Shown here: piece by piece, positions 11,464 through 21,368 of the stretch | Numbering within the stretch: position 1 is the first letter of the stretch | Layout: every line of letters begins with the position of its first letter | Assembly (NCBI GenBank): GCA_965218295.1 | Contig: CBDCKN010000015.1 | Coordinates: forward strand, 448,001 to 512,000 | DNA: 64,000 nucleotides | Direction of reading: 5' to 3' | From: Longimicrobiales bacterium | Lineage (GTDB): Bacteria; Gemmatimonadota; Gemmatimonadetes; Longimicrobiales; Gaopeijiaceae | Notes under the pieces: generated by a model | Told to the model about the DNA's origin: nothing | The model's database searches: none | What the model saw: only the letters and a program-made list of their open reading frames with translations | Program-made: the position numbers and the translations under genes

Positions 11464-11802
11464 ATGGCTAATCGCCGCACCGTGACCGCCGCCGCCCGCG
11501 TATCGCCGGGCGAGCTCGCCGAGTGGCGAGCCAAGGCCGCGTCCGCCGGCGTTCCGCTGTCGGCGCTGCTGCGCGAGGCCATGGCACGCACGCGGACGTG
11601 GACCGCCCCGGCGGCCGAGGTGGAGCGCGAGCGCACCCGGCAGATCGCGCGCATCGGCAGCAACCTCAACCAGATCGCCCGCTGGGCCAACACCTTCGCC
11701 TCGACAGCCGAGGCCGTCGAGGTCGTCGCCCACCTGGTCGCCATCGAGCGGGCGCTCGCGGCGCTGGCCCCCGCCGGGCGCCTCGGCCCCGATGCACATT
11801 AA
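11464..11802 (+). CDS. mobC: MobC/MbeC relaxosome accessory (ribbon-helix-helix) protein
   Basis: IARIGSNLNQIARWAN motif. Overlaps the relaxase start. Confidence 0.88.
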   Translation: MANRRTVTAAARVSPGELAEWRAKAASAGVPLSALLREAMARTRTWTAPAAEVERERTRQIARIGSNLNQIARWANTFASTAEAVEVVAHLVAIERALAALAPAGRLGPDAH

Positions 11803-13270
11803 ATTCCTGGCTCACGGCACCGGCTCGGCCCGCGCGGCGGCCGACTACCTCCTCGGGGCGCGGGACGCGTCCGGGAAGCTGCGCGCGGGCATCGAGGTCC
11901 TCCGGGGGGATCCCCATCAGGTGGCCGCGGTGGCCGACGCGCTGGCGTTCGAGCACAAGTACACCTCGGGCGTGGTTGCCTGGGCGCCGGACGACACGCC
12001 GACCGACGCGCAGATCGGCGCGGTTCTGGATGCCTTCGAACAGACCGCCTGGGCGGGGCTCGAGGCCGACCGCTACGCCTGGGCGGCAGTGGTGCACCGC
12101 GAGGGCGGCGGCGGCGCTCACGTGCACATCCTCGCCGCGCGCTGCGACCTGGAGAGCGGCCGGAGCCTCAACATCACGCCGCCGGGCTGGGAGAAGACAT
12201 TCGGTCCGCTCCGCGACGCCTTCAACGCCGAACACGGCTGGAGCCGACCGGATGACCCGGCGCGGGCGCGGGCGCAGCAACCCGGGCACCGCGCCTACGT
12301 CGAGGCGGCGCAGCTGCGGGCCGGGCTCGCGCTCGAGCCCGCCCCCCGTGACCTGATCCGGGACTACCTGCTCCAGCGGGTCGAGCACGGCACGGTGCGG
12401 AACCGGGCGGATGTCGTCGCCGCCCTGCATGAGGCGGGCATGGAGGTGCCGCGCCAAGGCAAGAACTACCTCACGGCGCTGGACCCCGAGACCGGGGACC
12501 GGTGGCGTCTGAAAGGAGAGCTATACGCAGATGACTTCCAACGTGAACGACTTGACCGAGCGGTTGCGGGGCCGACTGGAGATCGAACGCCGGGCGGTCG
12601 AGGAATTGACCGCGAGCGAGCTGCGGAAGCTCGGCGCGAACTCGCAGCGCGTTGCGAGCAACGCGCTGCGTACCATCGAGCGCGATACGGCGGCGGCGAC
12701 CGGGCGGATGCGCGCACTGCTGCTCAAGGCGTGGCTCCGGCCCCTGGTGGTCGGCCTGAGCCTCTGGCTCGGCATCTGCGCCGGGAGCTGGGCGACGATG
12801 CACTGGCTGTCGACGCGCATCCAGGCCCGGATCCAGACGGCCGCCGCCCTCGACGTGGACATCGAGGAGGCCCGCCAGACGCTGGCGCGGCTCGAGGAGA
12901 CCACCTGGGGGATCGCGCTCCGGGAGATCGAGGGGGAGCGATTCGTGGTGCTGCCGACCGGCGCGCTGGCCTATCCGCCCTGGACCGTGGACACTCGGCC
13001 GGCCGTGAAGCTGTCGAGCGAGTGAGGGAGATCTATGACCGCGTTAGAACAGCAGTTGACGAAGGCTTTGTGGGCGTTGTCCGCTCAGTACGAGCAGGCG
13101 CAGCAGCAGCACGCCGCGCAGGCCGAGACCTTGCGGCGGCAGGTCGCACAGCTCGACGCGCAAGTGACGCGCTTGGCCCGGGACTACACGACGCTCGCCG
13201 AGACGTTGCGCGGGCGCTGGACCTGATGCGCCAGCGGGTGCGAGAGCGCGATCACGGTCCGAGCCGCTGA
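11792..13270 (+). CDS. mobA: MbeA/MobA-like relaxase (MOBP5/ColE1-related)
   Basis: ADYLLG (catalytic Tyr), LRGDP, YTSGV, HREGGGGAHVHIL, WSRPDDPAR, RLKGELY. Ends in RERDHGPSR. Confidence 0.88.
   Translation: MHIKFLAHGTGSARAAADYLLGARDASGKLRAGIEVLRGDPHQVAAVADALAFEHKYTSGVVAWAPDDTPTDAQIGAVLDAFEQTAWAGLEADRYAWAAVVHREGGGGAHVHILAARCDLESGRSLNITPPGWEKTFGPLRDAFNAEHGWSRPDDPARARAQQPGHRAYVEAAQLRAGLALEPAPRDLIRDYLLQRVEHGTVRNRADVVAALHEAGMEVPRQGKNYLTALDPETGDRWRLKGELYADDFQRERLDRAVAGPTGDRTPGGRGIDRERAAEARRELAARCEQRAAYHRARYGGGDRADARTAAQGVAPAPGGRPEPLARHLRRELGDDALAVDAHPGPDPDGRRPRRGHRGGPPDAGAARGDHLGDRAPGDRGGAIRGAADRRAGLSALDRGHSAGREAVERVREIYDRVRTAVDEGFVGVVRSVRAGAAAARRAGRDLAAAGRTARRASDALGPGLHDARRDVARALDLMRQRVRERDHGPSR
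12531..13025 (+). CDS. MbeB/MobB-like protein overprinted inside the relaxase
   Basis: AGGAG upstream. Coiled-coil/TM/coiled-coil layout and the same position as ColE1 mbeB. Confidence 0.7.
   Translation: MTSNVNDLTERLRGRLEIERRAVEELTASELRKLGANSQRVASNALRTIERDTAAATGRMRALLLKAWLRPLVVGLSLWLGICAGSWATMHWLSTRIQARIQTAAALDVDIEEARQTLARLEETTWGIALREIEGERFVVLPTGALAYPPWTVDTRPAVKLSSE
13035..13226 (+). CDS. MbeD/MobD-like protein overprinted inside the relaxase
   Basis: MTALEQQLTKAL resembles the MbeD N-terminus (MTELEKQLLSAL). GGGAG RBS. Confidence 0.72.
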   Translation: MTALEQQLTKALWALSAQYEQAQQQHAAQAETLRRQVAQLDAQVTRLARDYTTLAETLRGRWT

Positions 13271-13520
13271 TGGTTGGCCAGATACGCCCACAGCACGTCG
13301 CCGATAACGGTGGACATTCCCAGGAACGGCCGGCCGCGCGTGACGGCGGTGACCGCCGCCCCGATCAGCGTGCTCTTGCCGGCCTTCTCCCTCGCGTGCA
13401 ACAGTGTGACCCGCCCGGCGTGGGCGATCAGCCGGACGACATCGCCCCTGCCGTGGCGTAGAGCGGGAACTTGCAGAATATGGTGGAATAACTATAATTT
13501 GACATGGGCGGTTCACAGCG

Positions 13521-13871
13521 GTGCTGAAGCCTGTTGAATGGGTCGGCTCAAGCAAGAGAGCCCTGAAGAAATTTCCAGCCACCGTGCAGGACCAGGTCGG
13601 CTTTGCGCTGTATCAGGCCCAGGCCGGACTCACACACCGCGATGCCAAACCGCTCAAGGGAGTTGGCGCCCATGTTCTAGAGGTCGTCTCACGTCACGAC
13701 GGCGACACCTACCGGGCGGTGTACACGGTCCGGTTCAAAGCTGCCGTTTATATCCTGCACGCCTTCCAGAAGAAGGCCAAACGGGGCAGCGCGACACCGA
13801 AACCGGAGATCGATCTGGTCAAGCGCAGGCTACGGGCAGCGGAGCAGCACTACACGGACACCTATGGCTGA
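13521..13871 (+). CDS. RelE/HigB-like toxin (Gp49/DUF891 type)
   Basis: KPVEWVGSS, AKPLKG, YRAVY, YILHAFQKK. Toxin-first order. Confidence 0.85.
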   Translation: MLKPVEWVGSSKRALKKFPATVQDQVGFALYQAQAGLTHRDAKPLKGVGAHVLEVVSRHDGDTYRAVYTVRFKAAVYILHAFQKKAKRGSATPKPEIDLVKRRLRAAEQHYTDTYG

Positions 13872-13882
13872 GAGGTAGATCA

Positions 13883-14209
13883 ATGAAGACGAAAGCCATG
13901 ACGATCGAACGTGGCAGCGGAAATGTGTTCGCGGACCTGGAGCGTCCTGACGCCGAGGCTCACCGATTAAAGGCAGCACTCGTCACCCGCATCGACACGA
14001 TTGTTCGCCAGCGTGGACTCAAGCAGGTCGAGGCGGCGAAGTTGCTTGGACTGTCCCAACCTGACGTATCGCGCCTCCTGCGGGGAAACTTTCGGGAGTA
14101 TTCCGTCGAGCGCCTCCTGCGCCTGTTGACCGCACTCGGGCGTGACGTAGAGATCGTCATTCGAGAGCCCCGCTCACAGCGACAGGGCAGGCTCAGTGTC
14201 GAAGCCTAA
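13883..14209 (+). CDS. XRE-family HTH antitoxin
   Basis: GSGNVFADL, Q.EAAKLLGLSQPDVSRLLRG, YSVERL. Confidence 0.85.
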   Translation: MKTKAMTIERGSGNVFADLERPDAEAHRLKAALVTRIDTIVRQRGLKQVEAAKLLGLSQPDVSRLLRGNFREYSVERLLRLLTALGRDVEIVIREPRSQRQGRLSVEA

Positions 14210-14284
14210 ACGATCCGGTCATGCCCATTCGGGGGCCGATATGGCGGTGGGCTGCCGAATACAATAGCCCATCAATGTGGAGCC

Positions 14285-14690
14285 CCGGGGCGGTTCAGGA
14301 ACCCCCCGACTTGCTCGGGTTCGGTCGGCAGCCAGGGCAAGTGGGGATGCTCGAGCACGTAGTCCAGCGAGAAAGGCGGCGGCGGCGCGTGAGCACTTCC
14401 CTCAAGGCGATCCGCCGGCGACGGATGTCCCCGGTGCCAAGCGCCCAGTAGATCTCGCACCCGTGGATCCGGCAGATGCCGGCGATGCCGGGCACCCTCT
14501 CTTCGGCGGCCATGCCTTGCGCGATGAGGGCATGGACGGCGCGGCGCACCGTCTCGGTGTGGCAACCCAGAAACCTCTTCCACTGCGTCCGGGTGAAGAC
14601 GCCGCTGTGGAGACAGGCCAGGGGGCGCTCCACCCCTCCACCCATGAACGCCTCGCCGAGGAGCTACGGCTGGTAGGACTAGGCCATCTG
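14285..14690 (-). pseudogene. Degraded paralog of orfX (58319-59254), N-terminal half
   Basis: LACLHSGVFTR and SLDYVLEHPHLPWLPTE match orfX but lie in different frames. Confidence 0.8.
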
Positions 14691-14767
14691 GAGTAGACTG
14701 GAGGGGCTTACGAGAGCCTATTCTTCGAGCGATGTAATGTCTTGCTGCGCGAGCTGAGACCAGCACC

Positions 14768-17700
14768 ATGATCCATCTTACGGCCCGCGTTGCGTGGCAC
14801 GACTCCCGTTGGGACGGCACCGTGTGCCGATCCCCTTCCTGTAATTCATTCTGTACGGCGCTTGATCGGATCCGTGACGAACGGGACGACGCGATGGAGG
14901 ACGCGCTCGCTGGCAGGCCGTGGAGTACACTCCGCCCGGAACAGCACCCACCCTGCCGCGCCGAATCCGGGGCGTTCATGAACCGAGCTGAATGGACCCG
15001 ACGCTTCCAGCATCCCTATGCGGGCATCGCCAAATCAGCTGAAACCCACGGACACCTCGAGCCTACCTCGGTCAGAGTTCCTGAGTTTGCAACGTTTGCC
15101 GTCCCGTTCGCATGGATGTTGCGGAGCGAGCAAGATGCGATCGACGAGCGGCTGCCTACCCCGTTGCCTCCTGACGAGCCATCGCCGTTCAATAGTCCGT
15201 GGGTATTCGGCCGAGCACGACAGGAAGCTCTTCTCGATCTTTTTTCAAGTCGCCTCACCGCAGGAGAATCTCTCGTCTTCTTCTACTGCAAGGAGGGCCA
15301 GCCTCTCGGCGACACAGTTCCTCGGCTGGTAGTTGGAATCGGTCGTATCACCAATGTGGATCGCCCGAAGGCGTATGACGTCGCCGACAAGAGGAAGCCC
15401 ACGTACCTCATGTGGGATCTCCTCATTCGCCACTCGATCCGCCCCCAGGGGCACGATGGTTTTCTCTTGCCGTATCACAAGTACATCGAGCCGACTGGCG
15501 ATCCGGTCGAGGATGAGCGCCGGCTAGATCTACTTCGTAAGATTGCAGTACCCGTGGATCCGACCAACATGCGAATATTCTCGTACGCGGCCGAGCATGT
15601 TTCCTCGGACGTCGCGTTGTCTACGCTCGTCCGTTGCCTCGAGTCGGTTCGCGAGATCAGGAAACACGGCATTGCCGAAGGTCCGTGGGAGCTTCGCGAG
15701 GAGTGGCTGAACGACCAGATCGCGATGGCTTGGCAAGACCGCGGCGCGTTTCCTGGTCTCGGCGCGACTCTCGAAGCGATCGGCATGAGGCTCGGAACGG
15801 CGCTTTCCTTGGAGCTGCTCTCGTCGGGTGCTGTGGCGCCTGACGGCGATCCGTGGCCCACCGTCGACGCCATGATTCGGGGTGCCCGCAACGCCCCCCA
15901 AGCTGCCTACGATGGTGACTTGCAGGCCATTCGCGATACTTGGACCAACCTGCCCGAAGAGCGACGTGCGTTGCTGAAGCTCCTGTCACGCTTTGCCCTC
16001 ACTGCTCCGCAGGCCCGGCGATGGTTCGATCAGTCCGAGCGGACGAGGGGAACTGCCGAGAAGGTCTCCGACGAAGAAATCCTTGCAAACGCGTACCGGA
16101 TGAGCGAGGTCGACTTGGGTGATTGGCGTGATTCACCGGTGTCAGTCGGTGTAGTCGATCGGGGTCTTCTCCCCGACAGCGCAATCGCAGCTAAGCATCC
16201 AGTGCCAGCACCGTCATCCGTAGAATCGCCCGGCGATGCGAGACGTGTCAGGGCGACGATAGTAGCTGTCCTGCGCGATGCATCCGCAGATGGTGACTCC
16301 CTTCTCAGCACGTCCGAGGCACTCCAGCGGGTCGCCAACTTAGATCTCGCCCGTCCCTGCGTCATCGGAAGTGATTGGCCGGCCACGCACCAGTGCAGCT
16401 TGGACGGTGTCGTCGATCTGATGAACGTTCCGAGCGGCGAGTCACAATCCCAACCGATCAGCACACTACAACTGACGGAACTGAAGGATCGGGAAAAAAG
16501 ACTCCGGTCAATTCTGTCGAAACGCGCCAGAAAACCATGTGCCCCCATCAATCTTGACTGGAAGCAGCTCCTTGAAGATGCAATCACCAGTGCCGGCGGC
16601 AAATACGAACCTGGAAGCGACCGACACAATAGGGCCATCGAGGAGCAGGCAGTTGCCTTAGATCGACTGTTGTCACGCCGCCTGAGCGTTCTCGTCGGAC
16701 GGGCTGGGACCGGCAAGACTTCTGTCATGGGCGCGCTGACGCTCTGTCACCCGCTTGCCAAGGACGGGATTCTCTTACTGGCGCCGACCGGGAAAGCGCG
16801 TGTTCAACTCGGCAGGGCCACGATGGCCGAAGCGATGACGATCGCTCAGTTCCTCAACCATTTGGGCCGCTACGACGGGGCACGCCAAAGACCACGGTTC
16901 ACCGGCACATCGAGATACCGGAAAGAGAAAACTGTCGTCATCGACGAGTGCTCCATGCTGACGATGGATGACCTCGCAGCAGTATTCGAAGCGCTCGACC
17001 TTGCCCACGTTCAGCGAGTGATCCTCGTCGGCGATCCGAATCAGCTACCCCCAATCGGCGTCGGGCGACCTTTTGCCGATCTTGTCTCGCATCTAGAACG
17101 GACTTCGGAAGAGGCCGACGACGGGACACCGCTGCTCGACGCCCTCGCCCGGCTTACCGTAGAGGTTCGAACGGTAACGGAGACCGACGACGCATCGGAC
17201 ACACTTCGCTTGGCCTCATGGTTCACTCGAGAGCCTCAACCGATAGATTCGGATCGCGTCCTCAGCGATCTTGAACTAGGCTCGAGTTTCAACGACCTCG
17301 AGCTGACGTTCTGGAAGACTCCCGACGAACTTCGTTCACGACTACTCGAAGCGTTCCAGTGCCATCTTGGACTTCGCGACATTGACGACATCGACGGTTT
17401 CAACTCGGCGCTCGGGCTGGACGATCGAGGGTGGGTCCCTTTTGATGCCCCCGAAGGTTCGGCAAAGTGGCAGATTCTCTCACCCGTGAGGAGACATCCG
17501 CATGGCGTGCACGACCTCAACCGCTGGATCCAGAAACATTTCCGCGCCATAGAGCTCACTGCGGCGGCAAACCCCTGGGGGATGAGCCTTGGCGACGAGC
17601 ATATCGTCGTCAAGGATAAGGTCATCCAAACGTCCAACCAGCGGCGAAGTGCCTACGACGGAAAAACGAAGACATCCGACAAACACTATGTGGCCAACGG

Positions 17701-18463
17701 TGAGGTCGGCCTCGTTGCGACAAGAAAGAATGCGTGGCTCAACGTGGTCTTCGCGGAACGTCCCGGGCTGCGGTTCGGGTATCGGGGGAGCGACTTCCCG
17801 GACGGATCAAGCCCGCTCGAACTCGCGTACGCGCTGACGGTCCACAAGGCACAAGGCAGCGAATTCGGCAAAGTCTTCGTCGTCTTGCCCAAGAATTGCA
17901 GGCTGACCCGCGAGCTTCTCTACACGGCGCTGACCCGATCACGTGAGCAACTCGTGCTGCTGATCGAGGGCGATGACGCCGCGACACTCTTCGATCTGTC
18001 GCGACCGGAACAATCTGAGACTGCACGACGGAACACCAACCTTTTCGAGGGAGCCGTGCGGCTGGCAGAAGATGCGATCCCATACGCGGAGCATCTGATC
18101 CACCGAACCGAGAAGGGGCATCTCGTACGCAGCAAATCCGAGCTGGTCATTGCAAACATTCTCCACGGGCTGGAGATCGACTACGAGTATGAGCGAGTTT
18201 GCGAAGGCATGATCGAACCGGGACGCTTACGCCCCGATTTCTCTTTTACGATGCCGGATGGTGACCTGATCATCTGGGAACATCTTGGCATGCTTGATCG
18301 CCCGGACTACAAGCGTGGATGGGATTGGAAGCGCCATTGGTACGAACGCAATGGCTTCGTCGAAGGCAAGACCTTGTTCACGTCGACGGAAGGTGGCGGA
18401 CAAGGCTTAGATTCAACAGAACTGCGAGCCACTGCTCTCGCAGTCAAGGGGAGGCTCGAATAG
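14768..18463 (+). CDS. RecD2-like SF1B helicase fused to a C-terminal PD-(D/E)xK-like nuclease; putative defence protein
   Basis: GRAGTGKT, LAPTGKA, DECSM, GDPNQLPP, YALTVHKAQGSE, LYTALTR. C-terminal RSKSE..YEYE..PDF..WEHLG. Confidence 0.85.
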   Translation: MIHLTARVAWHDSRWDGTVCRSPSCNSFCTALDRIRDERDDAMEDALAGRPWSTLRPEQHPPCRAESGAFMNRAEWTRRFQHPYAGIAKSAETHGHLEPTSVRVPEFATFAVPFAWMLRSEQDAIDERLPTPLPPDEPSPFNSPWVFGRARQEALLDLFSSRLTAGESLVFFYCKEGQPLGDTVPRLVVGIGRITNVDRPKAYDVADKRKPTYLMWDLLIRHSIRPQGHDGFLLPYHKYIEPTGDPVEDERRLDLLRKIAVPVDPTNMRIFSYAAEHVSSDVALSTLVRCLESVREIRKHGIAEGPWELREEWLNDQIAMAWQDRGAFPGLGATLEAIGMRLGTALSLELLSSGAVAPDGDPWPTVDAMIRGARNAPQAAYDGDLQAIRDTWTNLPEERRALLKLLSRFALTAPQARRWFDQSERTRGTAEKVSDEEILANAYRMSEVDLGDWRDSPVSVGVVDRGLLPDSAIAAKHPVPAPSSVESPGDARRVRATIVAVLRDASADGDSLLSTSEALQRVANLDLARPCVIGSDWPATHQCSLDGVVDLMNVPSGESQSQPISTLQLTELKDREKRLRSILSKRARKPCAPINLDWKQLLEDAITSAGGKYEPGSDRHNRAIEEQAVALDRLLSRRLSVLVGRAGTGKTSVMGALTLCHPLAKDGILLLAPTGKARVQLGRATMAEAMTIAQFLNHLGRYDGARQRPRFTGTSRYRKEKTVVIDECSMLTMDDLAAVFEALDLAHVQRVILVGDPNQLPPIGVGRPFADLVSHLERTSEEADDGTPLLDALARLTVEVRTVTETDDASDTLRLASWFTREPQPIDSDRVLSDLELGSSFNDLELTFWKTPDELRSRLLEAFQCHLGLRDIDDIDGFNSALGLDDRGWVPFDAPEGSAKWQILSPVRRHPHGVHDLNRWIQKHFRAIELTAAANPWGMSLGDEHIVVKDKVIQTSNQRRSAYDGKTKTSDKHYVANGEVGLVATRKNAWLNVVFAERPGLRFGYRGSDFPDGSSPLELAYALTVHKAQGSEFGKVFVVLPKNCRLTRELLYTALTRSREQLVLLIEGDDAATLFDLSRPEQSETARRNTNLFEGAVRLAEDAIPYAEHLIHRTEKGHLVRSKSELVIANILHGLEIDYEYERVCEGMIEPGRLRPDFSFTMPDGDLIIWEHLGMLDRPDYKRGWDWKRHWYERNGFVEGKTLFTSTEGGGQGLDSTELRATALAVKGRLE

Positions 18464-18619
18464 GTTGAATCCGAACTGCGGCAAGAGAATCGAGCGAAAC
18501 GTGAGCTAGAGCACGGGAGTGTTCCGCCATGGTAGACGGAGGAGCCGCCTGCCGCCTCCCAACCGCGGCGCGTACTGCGTCCTAACCGATGAGCCACCGG
18601 AGCGGACACGCAGTTGAGG

Positions 18620-18845
18620 GTGCCACGCGCTGTCGAGAGCGCTTGGCGTGCCGGTCAACCGGGTGACGTTGATTCTCAACGGCCAGCGGGGCGTGAGCGC
18701 CGATACGGCGTTGCGGCTGGCCAGTTATTTCGGAACGACTCCGCAACTCTGGTTGAATCTGCAGACTTGGGAGCTTCGCCGAACCGAGATCGAGACGGGT
18801 CGCGAGATCGCCGAGCAAGTCACGCCCCGGCATCAGTGGTGTAGA
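18620..18845 (+). pseudogene. HigA-family antitoxin remnant
   Basis: NRVTLILNGQRGVSADTALRLASYFGTTPQLWLNLQ. N-terminus is missing. Confidence 0.75.
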
Positions 18846-19042
18846 GGAGGCGTGACCAATCCCCGTCCCCGCTGATGGCACCGGACGGGCCGAGACGATG
18901 GCCCCGCTAGGCCGGATCGTTATGGACGCTGATGGCGGTCGCTGGATGCGGGTACGATTATGGGGCACCTTTGGGGGCACAATACAGATATCCCGAGCCG
19001 ATGATATAATGACTACAACGACTTACGGCCTCGTTAGATAGG

Positions 19043-19314
19043 CCGGGAGCGACCCGCCGGGGAGGGTGGCAGGTGCGTGCACATGTCCACCCTCCCCGAT
19101 GCCGTACCAGGCATCGAAAGAGGGGGGTCGCTCCGGTCACGGCCGCAAGCGCCGGAGCGGCATCGCCGCTCCGGCGACCGTGGTGCAACCGCAAAGCAGC
19201 CAGCGACATACGGAACCGCTGGCGCGCACATCGCAACGGTGGTTCCGTGCACATGCACCTCGATGTCGATGTGCACGCGCGGTACGCCACGGACCCCCGG
19301 TGATCGGCGGTCAA
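19043..19314. other. Multi-hairpin non-coding element, copy A (inverted homolog of 59251-59527)
   Basis: Colinear with the reverse complement of 59251-59527. Stems are kept while loops differ. Confidence 0.85.
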
Positions 19315-19537
19315 GATCGGCCCCCCGAGCCCCTCTCGACACGTCTGCAAAACAACCTTCCCATCATAGCGCCGGACTCGTGAATCGGGAAGCGCCAGCG
19401 CGGCGGGTCATCGGCTCGGAGCGGCCTGAACGCCGGAAGGCCCGGCGCACGCGGAATCGCCCGTCTGGCGAAGATGCCTTTTCAGCGCGAAGTTTCAGGC
19501 GCGCAGATCGTGCAGTCCATCATCGAGGAGGAATCGA

Positions 19538-19700
19538 ATGATGGCACGCACGAAACGAAGCCGGCACACGGAACCGGGTACGGGTGTTTCCCGATCCCAA
19601 GACCGGCCTGCTCCAGATCGAGTGGCGCGAGAACGGGCGCAGGCTGAGCAAATCGCTCAAGCACCGCGACTGGGCACGGGCGAAGAGCCGGACGCTGTAC
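19538..19700 (+). pseudogene. Probable N-terminal fragment of a tyrosine integrase
   Basis: RBS GAGGAGG, then MARTKRSR and, after a frame change, RVFPDPKTGLLQIEWRENGRRLSKSLKHRDW. Family assignment is from recollection only. Confidence 0.45.
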
Positions 19701-19742
19701 GAGTGTCGGAGGAGTTGGCCGCGGCATGACTGGGCTCGACCG

Positions 19743-19962
19743 TGTCAAGCCCCTCAGCTCTGTCCAAGCCCCTCAGCTCTGTCAAAGATGCTATGCCCTT
19801 CATTGCGCTTCTCCAGACACAGGTGTAAGCTCCTCCTGATTCTCTGTCGCCCACTCGTCCTGATTCTCTGTCGCCCACTCGTCGACCAGCTCCGGTGGGG
19901 GGCAGGCCCACTCGTCCTGATTCTCTGTCGCCCACTCGTCGACCAGCTCCGGTGGGGGCAGG
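19743..19962. repeat. Two clusters of short tandem repeats
   Basis: TGTC(C)AAGCCCCTCAGCTC x2 at 19743-19779. TCCTGATTCTCTGTCGCCCACTCG x3 at 19834, 19858 and 19915, the last two within a ~57-bp duplication. Confidence 0.9.
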
Positions 19963-20007
19963 GGTAACCGCTCGATGCTTCGCCGGGAATGCGAAAGGAC
20001 CGCCACC

Positions 20008-21303
20008 ATGAATCGAGCACTGTCAGCCTTGGCCGTGACGCTTCTTCTTCTCCGGCCCTCGGTGGCCCTCACCGCGCAAGACTCGAATGGCTGGGTGCCC
20101 ACGGGATGGGAGATCTCCCCCTACATCGGCCTCTTCGACGACGTGCCGGAATTCCATCCGGGCAGCAGCAGCTCCATCTTCGTCGACCCCGCCCGGAACA
20201 TCACGGGCGGCGGGCATGTCGCCTACAACTTCGCCTCCGGCTTGTTCGCCGACTTCGAGGGCGGGTACATGCCGTTCGACATGAGGATCCCGACGAGAGG
20301 CACGGTGGACTTGGACCTGGCGTACTTCAGCGGAGGCGTGGGATACAACCTACCCCTGAGCGGCCGGCTTCAAGCCTACGGAGTGGTCGGCCTCGGAGCT
20401 GCGCACTGGAGGCCTGGAGAACTCGACCCCGAGACGGACCTCAGCCTTGTGTACGGCGGCGGGGTGCGACTCCGCGTGGTGCCTCGCCTTGCCCTGCGGG
20501 TCGAGGCGCGCATGCACCAGACCCCCGACGCACTGGCGAATACGGCTGCCGAACTGGCCGGCTCCGCAGCCCCGTCGGAGACCTTTCGGGGTTGGGGGCT
20601 CTCGCTCGGTGCCTCGTACTTCCTCGGAGGAGAGTCGCAGCGAGACGGGGACGGAGATGGTGTGCTTGATGGCCTGGACGCGTGTCCGGAAACACCCATG
20701 GGTGCTGGTGTGGACGAACGGGGGTGTGCGCTCGACTCCGATGGGGACGGGGTGGCCGACCACGCAGATCAATGTCCCGGAACGCCGGCCGGCGCCGAAG
20801 TGGACGAGAACGGCTGTCCGACGGATGCGGACGGCGACGGCGTCGTCGATGGTCTCGACCGCTGCCCGAACACACCCTCCGGCGCCGAGGTGGATGCGGC
20901 CGGATGCCCTGTTGTGGTCGAGCCGGAGCCGGAGCCGGAGCCCGAGCCGGAGCCCGAGCTCATCTTTGGAAACGTCCACTTCGCGCACGATTCCGCGGAG
21001 CTCGACGCCGCAGCGAGTTCAATCTTGGACGAGTCCGGAAACGCGCTGTCGGACCGTCCGAACGAGCGCGTCCGCGTCGTCGGCCATGCCGACTCCGTAG
21101 GCCTGGAGGACTACAACCTCGTACTGAGCCTGCGTCGCGCGCAGGCGGTGCGAGACTACCTCGCAGGCAACTTCCCGGCGCTCGACGCGGATCGCTTCCG
21201 GATTGCCGGTGCGGGTGAATCTCAACCCGTAGCCGACAACACCACGGAAGACGGACGGCGCCAGAACCGCAGGGTCGAGATCCTGCCCGCGGGTACGCGA
21301 TAA
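20008..21303 (+). CDS. OmpA-family outer-membrane protein (beta-barrel, Ca-binding TSP3-like repeats, OmpA C-domain)
   Basis: Signal peptide, DxDGDGVxDxxDxCP x3, (EP)n linker, GHADSVG..YN..LS.RRA, RRQNRRVE. Confidence 0.92.
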   Translation: MNRALSALAVTLLLLRPSVALTAQDSNGWVPTGWEISPYIGLFDDVPEFHPGSSSSIFVDPARNITGGGHVAYNFASGLFADFEGGYMPFDMRIPTRGTVDLDLAYFSGGVGYNLPLSGRLQAYGVVGLGAAHWRPGELDPETDLSLVYGGGVRLRVVPRLALRVEARMHQTPDALANTAAELAGSAAPSETFRGWGLSLGASYFLGGESQRDGDGDGVLDGLDACPETPMGAGVDERGCALDSDGDGVADHADQCPGTPAGAEVDENGCPTDADGDGVVDGLDRCPNTPSGAEVDAAGCPVVVEPEPEPEPEPEPELIFGNVHFAHDSAELDAAASSILDESGNALSDRPNERVRVVGHADSVGLEDYNLVLSLRRAQAVRDYLAGNFPALDADRFRIAGAGESQPVADNTTEDGRRQNRRVEILPAGTR

Positions 21304-21330
21304 GGATTCCGACCGGAGAACACGGAGAAC

Positions 21331-21368
21331 CGCCCCGGGCGGGGACAGTCGCCTCCCCGCCCGGGGCG
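21331..21368 (+). terminator. GC-rich hairpin after the OmpA gene
   Basis: CGCCCCGGGCGGGGA..TCCCCGCCCGGGGCG. U-tract is weak. Confidence 0.55.

Larger units (their letters stand above)
9500..19035. mobile_element. Integrative mobilizable element (integrase, ColE1-like mob, TA pair, helicase-nuclease)
   Basis: Integrase at the left end. ATTATGGGGCA followed by a second GGGGCA occurs at 9589 and 18957, each next to an AT-rich IHF-like tract. Exact att core not identified. Confidence 0.7.

Noticed and set aside
19834..19962. Possible CRISPR array
   Set aside because: The repeats abut or are separated by repeated rather than unique sequence, and no cas genes are visible.
20918..20960. GAGCCG tandem repeat as a contingency locus
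   Set aside because: In-frame (EP)n linker, common in OmpA proteins.
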